From the IMG/VR virus record IMGVR_UViG_3300002839_000006, positions 1-64,000 of that record: 64,000 nucleotides of DNA, one strand, 5' to 3'. Position 1 is the stretch's first letter, and each line of letters starts with the position of its first letter. Shown here piece by piece: positions 18,631 through 28,344 of the stretch. Position numbers and translations under genes: made by a program. The notes beneath the pieces were generated by a model. That model ran no database searches, was not told the origin of the DNA, and saw only the letters and a program-made list of their open reading frames with translations. The stretch is from a virus (taxonomy: Duplodnaviria > Caudoviricetes).

Positions 18631-20589
18631 TTAATATAAGAATGAGATAGTTACGACATCATAAGCATATACAGGAAGTGTAACTTGAACTGTTGCGCCA
18701 CTTACAGTATAATTTGCAGGGTCAAGTGTTGAACCATTTAGGGAAACCCTTACGCCTGTTGCATCTTTTGGTGTATTTGAAAGCGTGTTTACTTGACCTG
18801 TTGAACCACTTGCAGCTTCTGCAAATTTCTGAGTTTTGAGATGGTCGTTGTAAAGTGTAGGTTTGTTTTGAATAAAAGTACCTCCCGAAGTTGCATTCCA
18901 ATCAATATAGGCTGCCGCTAAACCTGTTGATGTTCCAGTTAATGCACCTGTAAATCCAGTTGATGTAACAGAAGTTAGTCCTGCAATAGTTGTTGCTGTT
19001 GCACCTAATGCAATATTAGTTGAACCAATAGTAAGACTTGAATTAGTTAACCTTGCATTTGCTAAAGTTCCTGTCCATCCAACTGTTATACTTGCTGCAT
19101 TTAATAGCGAAGTTGAAGCCGAACCTCCTAAAGTTAAAGTTACATTTGTATCGTCTGTTTTTGTCAAGGCATTACCTGTAATTACTGCGGCAGGTATTCT
19201 CTCCCAAATAGTACCATTGTAACTTGCGTCATCACCTACATTAAAGGCTATTCCACCTGCACCAAAATTTGTAGTACCTGCTGTTGTACACCTATAAAAC
19301 CATCCTGCCGTTCCTGTGCCATTTGCAAGTGTCGGAGTGTTCGTATTTGCATTCCATGTTCCTTTATAAACTTGACTTGTTGCTACTGCCGCCCATGTTG
19401 CAACCCCTGAACCGTTTGTTTTTAGAAAGTATCCATCTACTGCACCTGTTGTTATAGTGATTACAGGTGTACTAATTGAGCTCGAAGCATTAAACTGACT
19501 AGCTGCAACGGTTGATGAAAAGGTGGCAACAACTCCATAAAGCATACCAGTCAAAGCCTGACCACTACCTGCTGATAGGGGGAGATAACCACCACTTACA
19601 GCAGGAGCAGCACCAATATATGATAAAACCGCAGTAGAATTAAACCTATAAACAGTTCCATCGGCAGCTTCCCCTAATATTCCATCTGTTAATCCTGATG
19701 CTTGAAGTCCTGTGAAATTACCCGCTACACCCTGCCATTGACCTGAATTATCAGCAACTCCGTGCAAAGCAAGAGCCCCAATACTATTATATGAAATAGT
19801 CTTAGCTGCTGAACCATTAAAAGTACCACCACTTGCATCACCTGAACCTGAATTGTTAAAGGTTAGGGAATTAGGAGTGTTAAAAGCAGGTAAAGCAGCA
19901 CTAGTCCAAGCTGAACCATCTGAAGTTAATACGTTGCCACTTGTCGAGGGTGTTACGGCTGCAATAAAATCAGTTGTTGCCGAATTTGCAGCACTACCAA
20001 AAGTTCTGTAATTTAGTTTTGTGGCTAAAGATGAAGTTAGTCTGTCCCTACGAACATACCCATCAGTGCCTATACTGTCAGATTTATCCTTTTTTGATAA
20101 TGCTTTAAAGTTGGTGTAAAACCCATAACCCGCTGTACTATCATTGCTTAGCTTGTAGCTACCTGCTGCTTGTTTATTATTAAATGTAGTCCAGTCGGCA
20201 GCACTTAAAGCACCTCTATTAGAAGCACTTGCAGTAGGTACTTGTAGGGTAATTACAGGTGTTGTAGTTCCCGTTGCTACTGTACTACTTAAATCTGTTC
20301 CTGTTGTACCTAAGGTTAAAGCAGCTACAGAAGTTACCGTACCACCACCATTAACTAAATCTATATACCCTGCTGCCAAAGCTGTAGTTATGGTATAAGA
20401 AGAAGTCAATGCAGTATTCACCCTCCATATTTTCTTAGTTGCTACATCATAAATTTCATTCCCTACCGAGAAGTTCTGATTTAGTGCAGTAGTAGCATTG
20501 GCTATTCTTACTGAGATAATAGGTGAAGTTTGAGCGTAAATGTTAACACTCAGTAAAACTGCTATTAAAAAACTTAGTATTTTTTTCAT
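18631..20589 (-). CDS. Tail-fibre-like Thr/Gly/Ala-rich protein with signal peptide
   Basis: ..IYA|Q; GTVTSV, GALSAADWTTFNNKQ, GNVLTSDGSAW and YKGTWNANTNTPTL fibre motifs. Confidence 0.7.
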   Translation of the reverse strand: MKKILSFLIAVLLSVNIYAQTSPIISVRIANATTALNQNFSVGNEIYDVATKKIWRVNTALTSSYTITTALAAGYIDLVNGGGTVTSVAALTLGTTGTDLSSTVATGTTTPVITLQVPTASASNRGALSAADWTTFNNKQAAGSYKLSNDSTAGYGFYTNFKALSKKDKSDSIGTDGYVRRDRLTSSLATKLNYRTFGSAANSATTDFIAAVTPSTSGNVLTSDGSAWTSAALPAFNTPNSLTFNNSGSGDASGGTFNGSAAKTISYNSIGALALHGVADNSGQWQGVAGNFTGLQASGLTDGILGEAADGTVYRFNSTAVLSYIGAAPAVSGGYLPLSAGSGQALTGMLYGVVATFSSTVAASQFNASSSISTPVITITTGAVDGYFLKTNGSGVATWAAVATSQVYKGTWNANTNTPTLANGTGTAGWFYRCTTAGTTNFGAGGIAFNVGDDASYNGTIWERIPAAVITGNALTKTDDTNVTLTLGGSASTSLLNAASITVGWTGTLANARLTNSSLTIGSTNIALGATATTIAGLTSVTSTGFTGALTGTSTGLAAAYIDWNATSGGTFIQNKPTLYNDHLKTQKFAEAASGSTGQVNTLSNTPKDATGVRVSLNGSTLDPANYTVSGATVQVTLPVYAYDVVTISFLY

Positions 20590-20590
20590 C

Positions 20591-21994
20591 TTAGTTCTGT
20601 ATTTTTATTTTATCGTAAGTCCTTGTATCTGCCTGTAAGGTAATTGAGGTAGTGCCTACCCCTGACCAAATATCACTCGAAATTGAATTGCCATTGTAAA
20701 AAACGTTGGAAATATCTGTGAGTGGAAATGGGATCATAAAAGTAGTCACCCCAGAAGTTGTGACTGAGATTTCATACATTATTGAATAGGCTGTGGTTTT
20801 TACTCTCCCCCATTGAACTCCATTTGAGATAATCCAGTCACCTACCCCATAAGTTAGTCCTGATTGAGTTCCTGCCGTGTTTACAATATAGTACCAACCT
20901 TTAGTTGTGTCTGCGTTTGGGATAGAGGGTGTATTTGTAGCTGCATTGTAAACTCCTTGATATTTGACTGCACCTATTAAAGCTGCATTCATTTGAGATA
21001 GAGGTACTTTACCATTTACGAGTGAAGCCACACCGTTTAAAGCACCCCTGTCAGAAGTATTTATTTTGCTTAATGCCTTGAAATTGGTGTAAAAGCCTTT
21101 GTCTAACACACTATCGTTAGCTGCCTTATATAAAGTGCTATCTTTGCTTCCATCTGCCTTTAGAAACTCTGTATTTAAACCGTTTTCTGCTATGAAAGTT
21201 TTCCCTCTCACATTTCCTTTTAAATAGGTGTCAGTAGTCAAATCTGTACCTATGGTTGTCGTATTCGAACCATTACCTACTCCATATGTCCCTATCACTA
21301 TTTCATTCTCAATACTATCAAGTTTGGCTCTTGTGAATGCCCCTATATAAATACAGTTGTTTAAATTTCTTGCCCCAGTAATTCCATCTGTTATATGACT
21401 CCCTGCTTCTTGTCCTACTGATGTATTATAATTCCCATTCTGGTTATGATACAGAGCTGAGTATCCATTGGCAGTATTACCATTGGCATACTTAGCTGAT
21501 CTTAATGCATATGCTCCAGAGCCTGTATTATTTACTCCATATATAGTTATTGAATCCAGTGCAGCTGAACCAAGTGTTGTATTGTAGTTCAAGTCACTCT
21601 TCAAACCCATTGCCCCATTGAAGAAATATCCCTGCCCTGAATTAATAGAACCTGCAATGTTTATATTAGCATTCTGAGGTACTGTTTTTTGATTCCATAT
21701 ATAGAAGGTTGAACCTGTTGCTGGAGCTTTACCTGCTACCATTGCATCAACCTGTGCTTTCTTATATACAAGTAACATCACTGAATCAATATTGTGTTTC
21801 AACTTATCCATTGAAGCAAGATCAGTCCATTTATAGGTGACTCCTTTATATATCCATACAACTGAATCTAATGTGTTATAGCCAAATGAAGGGTTACTTA
21901 TAGTCTTAAAAGTTGACCCTACTGGAGGATTCTTTTGTGAAAAAGAAAACGTTACTACCAATGATAGTAATAACGTTAAAAGTATTTTCTTCAT
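20591..21994 (-). CDS. Tail-fibre/trimeric beta-helix-like protein with signal peptide
   Basis: ..SFS|Q; NTANGYSALY..NTSVG repeats, FLKADGS, LVNGKVPLSQ and YQGVYNAATNTP motifs. Confidence 0.7.
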   Translation of the reverse strand: MKKILLTLLLSLVVTFSFSQKNPPVGSTFKTISNPSFGYNTLDSVVWIYKGVTYKWTDLASMDKLKHNIDSVMLLVYKKAQVDAMVAGKAPATGSTFYIWNQKTVPQNANINIAGSINSGQGYFFNGAMGLKSDLNYNTTLGSAALDSITIYGVNNTGSGAYALRSAKYANGNTANGYSALYHNQNGNYNTSVGQEAGSHITDGITGARNLNNCIYIGAFTRAKLDSIENEIVIGTYGVGNGSNTTTIGTDLTTDTYLKGNVRGKTFIAENGLNTEFLKADGSKDSTLYKAANDSVLDKGFYTNFKALSKINTSDRGALNGVASLVNGKVPLSQMNAALIGAVKYQGVYNAATNTPSIPNADTTKGWYYIVNTAGTQSGLTYGVGDWIISNGVQWGRVKTTAYSIMYEISVTTSGVTTFMIPFPLTDISNVFYNGNSISSDIWSGVGTTSITLQADTRTYDKIKIQN

Positions 21995-22007
21995 ATATTA
22001 GTATAGT

Positions 22008-22133
22008 TTAGTCTATTGTATTTCTTGTTTCAACCTTAGTCCACCCATCAGGCAAATCTTCGTATCTCAATGGATGCTTTAATTCCCATCCAATCCAAAG
22101 CCAACTTATTGCGAATATTATTAGTATTATCAT
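22008..22133 (-). CDS. Small membrane protein (41 aa)
   Basis: Manual ORF MIILIIFAISWLWIGWELKHP...TID*. Confidence 0.45.
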   Translation of the reverse strand: MIILIIFAISWLWIGWELKHPLRYEDLPDGWTKVETRNTID

Positions 22134-24113
22134 TTAATAAGTTATTATTACCCCATTATGAAACAGGGGTGAACCATTGTGAAATACAGGACTAGCAAAT
22201 GGATGCTGATCAACCATTAGTACTACTGATGTATAAGGTTGCAAGGTCACAGATATGGCGTATTTAGTTCCTTTCACATCAATCATTGGACGACTTAATG
22301 TTACTGTTTTTGCTGTTGTAGTGGCATTATATTCAAATTGCAAATCGTCTGTCATAGTAATTGCTTGAGGTGATTTGTGGGAATTGGCATCCTGACCTGA
22401 ATAGGCCTGCCATTGTGTAAGTGTGTAATGATATAGGGGATTACTCCACCCATTAGGCTGAAGATAAAACGTCTGATTATCATCTATTGGTCTTGCGTAA
22501 TAATTATTATCAAACGTACCCATCGTTGGAAGTGTCGCCTGTAAAGTTATTAAATTTACAACATACTGATTTGCATCTTTAGACAAAAATATATTGTTCG
22601 TAAGTAAACAATTTGTAATAGCATCATTAGTAGCATCATCCTGTGTGTAAAATTGTATCTTATTATTGTAAACAGTGTTACTAGTAATTGTGATATAACT
22701 TGCATTATGAAGCAAAATACCATTACCCGCACAATTAGCCATTGTGTTGTCCGTTATTTCTACATTTTTAGCATTGTCATCCATATAAATACCATTGGCA
22801 GGAGTGTAACTTGTACTATTGGTTCCTGCAAAAGCTCCAATCCCGTTTAATACAATATTTCCTGTTATTACGTTACCATAAGATAAACCGCCTGTATATA
22901 TACCGCCTCCATCTTGAAGAACTGTACAAAAAGTATCTATAAAGTTATTTTTTATAAGTGCGGAATCCCCTGAAAAATATATTCCATTATAGCCTGTTTT
23001 TATGATTCTATTATATTCTATAATTAACCCCTTGTATGAATTTGCTTTCAAAATACCCACGCGACCGCTTACTCCAGTTTCACCCATTCCTGGATAAATT
23101 CCTGTATTTTGAATAGTATTATTTCTTATTGTAGAATATTCAACATCATAAATCAGATTAACGCCAGTACTATTTGAGTTTGATATGATACAATTTTCAA
23201 TAGTACTATAAGGAGTACCTAATTGAATCCCTTCTATTCCACTAAAATTGACTGTGCAATTTTTTAAAATAATATCCCTCAACCCACCATATTCAGTAAG
23301 AATAGAATATCTATTGGCGCCCGTAAACGAAAGTCCATCGATGGTAATAAACGCAGCATGAATAGTCGCCAAAACATCCTGAGAAGCTACCTGTATATTT
23401 GTTGGAATGCTTGTACTATAAACTCTTATCTTTTTAGTAGAAGGGTTGTAATACCATTCATTTTGCTGATCAAGAGTTCGGGTATCGTTTTGAATAAAAA
23501 AACCAAAACCATCTGTTGGTGTAAAAGTACTTACGTATGGACTGTATGTTAATGTGTTTCCTGATTGAGATGTAACAAAAGATCTATCTAAAATCCATTG
23601 CACAGTACGTACAACTACCTCTGCCCCTGTCCAGTCAGTCGTACCTGTTAAACTACTGCTTGTAATTGAGGTTTTTCCAGAATGAGATTGATACGTTAAA
23701 TATCCTCCATTAGCTGCATCAGCATTAGGATAACGCCCCATTGGAGTATTTACTCCATTTATAACAACCATATTGCAAGTTGAAAGCGTTGATACAGCTG
23801 AAGTGCTTTCCCAAATATTGCCACCTAAATTCGTCCAGGCAGTAACAGTAGTAAAACCTGTAATAATTGGATTTTCCCCCGTACCATAAGCTCCATAAAT
23901 TATTGGATGTCCTGATGTCCCTGAGTTATGGGGAATTATTGTACCGATAAATGTTTCACCACGATTAAATAAAATCTGATCATCAGGGGCAAAAGTGGCT
24001 GCGTTGACTGCTGCTATGGTAGAATAATCGCCACCACTCGCAGCGACATGGTAAACAGCTGTCTGGCCTATCAAGCTAAAGAAAATAAATAATATTGTTA
24101 GTATCTTTTTCAT
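22134..24113 (-). CDS. Secreted right-handed parallel beta-helix protein (polysaccharide lyase/depolymerase-like)
   Basis: Signal peptide; PDDQILFNRGETF and PIIYGAYGTG motifs, then many Asn-ladder repeats. Confidence 0.8.
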   Translation of the reverse strand: MKKILTILFIFFSLIGQTAVYHVAASGGDYSTIAAVNAATFAPDDQILFNRGETFIGTIIPHNSGTSGHPIIYGAYGTGENPIITGFTTVTAWTNLGGNIWESTSAVSTLSTCNMVVINGVNTPMGRYPNADAANGGYLTYQSHSGKTSITSSSLTGTTDWTGAEVVVRTVQWILDRSFVTSQSGNTLTYSPYVSTFTPTDGFGFFIQNDTRTLDQQNEWYYNPSTKKIRVYSTSIPTNIQVASQDVLATIHAAFITIDGLSFTGANRYSILTEYGGLRDIILKNCTVNFSGIEGIQLGTPYSTIENCIISNSNSTGVNLIYDVEYSTIRNNTIQNTGIYPGMGETGVSGRVGILKANSYKGLIIEYNRIIKTGYNGIYFSGDSALIKNNFIDTFCTVLQDGGGIYTGGLSYGNVITGNIVLNGIGAFAGTNSTSYTPANGIYMDDNAKNVEITDNTMANCAGNGILLHNASYITITSNTVYNNKIQFYTQDDATNDAITNCLLTNNIFLSKDANQYVVNLITLQATLPTMGTFDNNYYARPIDDNQTFYLQPNGWSNPLYHYTLTQWQAYSGQDANSHKSPQAITMTDDLQFEYNATTTAKTVTLSRPMIDVKGTKYAISVTLQPYTSVVLMVDQHPFASPVFHNGSPLFHNGVIITY

Positions 24114-24114
24114 G

Positions 24115-25302
24115 TTAATAATTTAGTATTTTTTTTACGGACACCTGATCAAAACATATTCCATTAGTATCATTAGTGACATCTACATTAGCCTGAAAAT
24201 AAGGTGATATATGCGTACCGCTAGATTGAAAAATCACCGTATATAATGTCCATGATGAAGATGAAATTGTAAAAGGTGAGAATTGTGTCGAAGAGGCTTC
24301 AAACAACGCCCCTCCAGTGGCTTTAATGTTTTTAGCATAAAAGGACAAAACGTACCAATCACCACTTGTGGTGGGTACCATCTGCCATATTTGTCCACTA
24401 AGACCAGCAGCATTAGTTATACTTTGGCTTGAAGTTCCAGCGTATGGAGTGGCTGTGTTTTCAGAAAGATTACCGGCTATATAAGTCCAACTAGGAGCAT
24501 TTCCTGCCACATACGTCCCTTCCACACTGCCATTAACTACTAATTCAGGGCCATAGAAGTAACCTGATGCAGAAACACTATCAGCAGCCCAAACAGGGCT
24601 TTTCCAGTAAGAATTAGATTTTACCCAAAGTCTTCCAGAAGTACTATCAATATATATATTTCCTGTAGCTGGTGGAGAGGCAAGAACACTTAAAGAATCA
24701 GCAAAACTACTACCATAACCTGCATGATCCAGTACATACTTAGGAGTGGCGTAACCACTACCATCAGTCTTGTTGCTATCGGCCTTTAGTGGAACCAAGC
24801 CTGATAGCTCAGTACCACTTGCAAGCGTGACCTCAATCAAGCCTACTCTGTGATTTGTAGCATATTTAGTACTGTCTTTTCTATTTAATTTTGTAAGTAA
24901 ACTATCAGATAGATTTGTTATAGTTGATTGTGCCTGATTATGTGCTGTCGGAGTTCTTGAATCGCTTAGCCTGCTATCATTCCCTACAGCAGCGGTTGAA
25001 GAAGTTGTTCCAAATCCAGGAAAAGAAACCTTTGAATTAATGCGATTTGACAAAGATATTGTATCTATTGCATTTCCTGTAGCTAAATTATAAGCTACTC
25101 CTGCTTTATAGAAAAGAAAAACACCCCCAACTATACCCGTAGAATCAATTTGTGGGCCATGTACCCCTATCTGAAAAGAGCCAATTACTTTAACAGGTCC
25201 CATAAATAATCTATACCCTTGTTGTTTAGAACTATTGGGAAATGTAATTTGGGATATACCAAACAGTGGGAATAATAAAAATAATAGAATTAGCTTTTTC
25301 AT
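24115..25302 (-). CDS. Secreted fibre-like protein with C-terminal carbohydrate-binding-like (CBM4/9-type) domain
   Basis: ..GIS|Q; AAVGNDSRLSDSRTPTAH fibre motif; ELVVNGSVE...W..Y..FYAK...WTLYTVIF..FDQVSVK. Confidence 0.6.
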   Translation of the reverse strand: MKKLILLFLLFPLFGISQITFPNSSKQQGYRLFMGPVKVIGSFQIGVHGPQIDSTGIVGGVFLFYKAGVAYNLATGNAIDTISLSNRINSKVSFPGFGTTSSTAAVGNDSRLSDSRTPTAHNQAQSTITNLSDSLLTKLNRKDSTKYATNHRVGLIEVTLASGTELSGLVPLKADSNKTDGSGYATPKYVLDHAGYGSSFADSLSVLASPPATGNIYIDSTSGRLWVKSNSYWKSPVWAADSVSASGYFYGPELVVNGSVEGTYVAGNAPSWTYIAGNLSENTATPYAGTSSQSITNAAGLSGQIWQMVPTTSGDWYVLSFYAKNIKATGGALFEASSTQFSPFTISSSSWTLYTVIFQSSGTHISPYFQANVDVTNDTNGICFDQVSVKKILNY

Positions 25303-25306
25303 ATCA

Positions 25307-25768
25307 CTAAAGTGTTACATTGATTTTTGCATTAACAATTTCTTCAGTTGTGCCTATAATTACGTCATAAACACTTCCGTTTAAGACATAAGCTACTGAT
25401 CCTACGTTCTGTTTTACTCCCCCAAGGAATACCACAATATTACTAGGTTCTGTATTGATAGGTGGTGTAAAGTCGTTACCTGAAATAGTTGTATCACTAT
25501 TAGCAACAAGGGTAGCAGTAGCTGTACATATTCCTCCTCCACTACCTGCCCCAGCACCTAACCAACTTGTATTCCAATAATTCACAAATGCTGCAACTGA
25601 TGCAAACCCTGTAAGTGTACTATCTAAACAATTTCTATAATCAGTCTCTATGAATGGTGTACTCTCATCAGCGAATCTTATTCTTATGGTATTCCCACAA
25701 GTTGTCAATATAGGGTTAGCTCTGTTATATAGTATCCCATCTATCTTTCCTGTATCGAATGTGTACAT
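25307..25768 (-). CDS. Hypothetical (probably virion-associated) protein
   Basis: Beta-rich ORF heading the fibre cluster; no signal peptide. Confidence 0.5.
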   Translation of the reverse strand: MYTFDTGKIDGILYNRANPILTTCGNTIRIRFADESTPFIETDYRNCLDSTLTGFASVAAFVNYWNTSWLGAGAGSGGGICTATATLVANSDTTISGNDFTPPINTEPSNIVVFLGGVKQNVGSVAYVLNGSVYDVIIGTTEEIVNAKINVTL

Positions 25769-25799
25769 GTTGGCCTATGTGTTGTTGTATTATCGGAAT

Positions 25800-26597
25800 T
25801 TATTTGTTATTCACAGTATGACCTCTAACTTCTGATCTTTTAGAATCTTCATGTTGAGAAATATCTTCTGAAGTTATACCACCATATTCATTTCCATTTC
25901 TTTTAGATTTTATTCTGTATATAAAATCACCATCTTTAGTCTCAGTAACTTTTGTGACAGTACCCTTTAGATCAACCCCATTTGATTTAAATGATACTAC
26001 ATTATCAATTTCATATTCTGCCTTCTTAGCTTTCTTCTCAACAGGTTTCTCTTCTTTCTTTTTCTCACTGCTTGTTCCAGCTGTTGGACCTTCTGTAGGT
26101 TCTGTCACTTTACTTTTATCTTTATTATCCCAAGTTGACATTTTATCTTTCTCACCTTCTGGTGCCTTGAATGTGTCCTGTGCTTCCTCTGACTTCCTAC
26201 GCTGTAGTTCTTTATGTGCTGCCTCTCTTACTGCAGGATCAGTAGATACCTTAGTAGCATTCATTAGGGCTGCCTCGGATGCCGTCTTAGCAGCTGTCCC
26301 CAGATCTTGTGGTTGTGCTGTAGCTTTACCCTGTTCAGCTCTCTTATCAAGTGCTGCTTTAGCTTCTGGGTTCTCAGGTTTACCTGGTGCATCGCCACTT
26401 TTTACTGGCACCCATCCTGTAGCTTCTTTTCTCATTTTAACACCACTCCACTCCCTTATCTCACCCATCTGAGCTAATTTGCCTTTTATAATGTCCTCTT
26501 TCATTTCATTGAATGTAGGTGCAAGATTTTTCTTAATTTGATCTTCTTGTTGTTGTTGTCCTTTTCTTATTTCGTCTTGGATATTCATTTTAATCAA
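25800..26597 (-). CDS. Putative internal head (cargo) protein
   Basis: IRKG and IIKG motifs followed by KLAQMGEIREWSGVKMRKEATGW; low complexity and charged; coupled to portal. Confidence 0.5.
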   Translation of the reverse strand: MIKMNIQDEIRKGQQQQEDQIKKNLAPTFNEMKEDIIKGKLAQMGEIREWSGVKMRKEATGWVPVKSGDAPGKPENPEAKAALDKRAEQGKATAQPQDLGTAAKTASEAALMNATKVSTDPAVREAAHKELQRRKSEEAQDTFKAPEGEKDKMSTWDNKDKSKVTEPTEGPTAGTSSEKKKEEKPVEKKAKKAEYEIDNVVSFKSNGVDLKGTVTKVTETKDGDFIYRIKSKRNGNEYGGITSEDISQHEDSKRSEVRGHTVNNK

Positions 26598-28287
26598 TAT
26601 TTACGTTTTCTTCGATATATTTTAGACACTGCATAGTCAATGGATCGTCTTTACTCATCAGTGACTTCTTGAATGCCTGTGCTGGTGCACCTGATTGATC
26701 TTCCTGGTTGAACTTATCAAATGGATTTTGAGCACCTGCTTCTGGTTCACCTGTCATCTCATCTACTGCCTCGTTACTTCCCTGCCCACCCATCATCTTC
26801 ATTTGTTGTGCCTGTAGATAAACTGGATTCAATATAGTGTCAGTCTTTTCATTGAAAGGTCTTCCCATCTCAGCTTCAAATGCTGCTTCAAATGGCATCT
26901 GACCTGAAGCTATCTTCTTAGCTATAAGGTCAACCAACTCCATCTCGTCCTGTGTATCAATACCAGTAAACACCAATTCATAGTCTGAATCTATCTCTGA
27001 TACCAACCACTTGGTCAATACCTTTTCCCAGAATAGGAGTATTGGCTTCAACCCTTTCTTTTTACTATGCTGTATTCTTTCTTTCTGTCCTGCCTGACCA
27101 AATAACTGTGCTGACTTCTGGAACTGATAACCTAACTCTGAAGGATCAATAGTGAATACTGAGCATAACATAATAATAAGAAATTCCATCCATTGTTGGA
27201 ACTCCATATCCTTATTTGTTCCCTGTAAATCTATCCATTCTAAGTCTATCCCACTGAAGATCGGTAATTTATGAGAATTTCCGACACCAGCTATCATCTG
27301 TCTCCATGTCTGTCTAAAATCATTCAGAACATCCATATTGACACCACCATCCTTAATATTTATGAATCCCTTAGGGTTACTACCCTGCTTAAAGAAGTTA
27401 CCGTTGTATTGCATTCCCCACAACGACCAAGTGATAATATCCAGCAGCACCTCTACCTCAGATGTACCATATCCATTCTTATCAATAGATGTGGCTTTAT
27501 TGCGTTGAGCATACATCAGCTCCCAAGGATAGTAAACTATCTCCTGTTTGGTTACTGGGTTGACCATCACGTTGCTCTGGTATACCTGAGCGTACCGTGG
27601 ATACTGGCCAAACTGTTCTGTATACTTCTGCTTAGTCTGCTCTCTGAAACGTGGATCTATCGTCTCTAATATCCTTATAGTTGAAGCATCTATTGCTGTG
27701 TGTCCTATTAATTCAAATCTTCTGTTACGTTCACATTCAGCTGCCAACTGGTCATAGGTCATTGAATCTCTTAATGCTTTGCGGGTGAAATCTGCTAAGT
27801 CATCAGTAGTATCCCATTTACCTTTTAGTCCACCATTCTCTAAATAGTTGACTATATATTCTATTTTCTTCTTGTCTTCCCTGTTTTCTTTTTGTTTCCC
27901 AGTATCAAAAATAGATCTCTTCTTACGTATAGTATATCCCTCTGATTTATTGTCATTGGTGAAACGTAGGAAGTTCTGTACCTGGAATATTCTTGTATTT
28001 ATGATAGACCCTACAATAGGTGTATCACCTACCTTCTTCAATACATCAAATGATACTCGCTTCCGTTGTTGCTTATACCCATTAGTTGAATAGTAAGCTT
28101 CAAAAGGATCGAATACGAATGACTTGATGTCCTTCTTCTTTTTATTCTTTTCTAACTCCTGTAGATAATTTTGAGCCTTGTAGATGTCATTAACATCAGT
28201 TGACATTAACTGCTTCTCCAGAAGGAGACTTTTCTCTATCTGGAGCTTAGCAGTTTGTTCGTCTATTTGTTCTATTTCTCTATTCAT
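26590..28287 (-). CDS. Portal protein
   Basis: IDASTIR, GYGTSEVE, NFFKQGSNPKG, KDMEFQQWMEFL..DPSELG and GLKPIL motifs. Confidence 0.9.
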   Translation of the reverse strand: MNREIEQIDEQTAKLQIEKSLLLEKQLMSTDVNDIYKAQNYLQELEKNKKKKDIKSFVFDPFEAYYSTNGYKQQRKRVSFDVLKKVGDTPIVGSIINTRIFQVQNFLRFTNDNKSEGYTIRKKRSIFDTGKQKENREDKKKIEYIVNYLENGGLKGKWDTTDDLADFTRKALRDSMTYDQLAAECERNRRFELIGHTAIDASTIRILETIDPRFREQTKQKYTEQFGQYPRYAQVYQSNVMVNPVTKQEIVYYPWELMYAQRNKATSIDKNGYGTSEVEVLLDIITWSLWGMQYNGNFFKQGSNPKGFINIKDGGVNMDVLNDFRQTWRQMIAGVGNSHKLPIFSGIDLEWIDLQGTNKDMEFQQWMEFLIIMLCSVFTIDPSELGYQFQKSAQLFGQAGQKERIQHSKKKGLKPILLFWEKVLTKWLVSEIDSDYELVFTGIDTQDEMELVDLIAKKIASGQMPFEAAFEAEMGRPFNEKTDTILNPVYLQAQQMKMMGGQGSNEAVDEMTGEPEAGAQNPFDKFNQEDQSGAPAQAFKKSLMSKDDPLTMQCLKYIEENVNID

Positions 28288-28344
28288 AATCTATCGATAT
28301 CACTGACCATTCCTTCCTCGAAACTCGAAATTAGTGATATTCTT

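Noticed and set aside
16696-25302. Diversity-generating retroelement acting on the fibre genes
   Set aside because: No reverse transcriptase and no near-identical TR/VR pair differing at adenines. The shared cassettes are diverged at all base types.
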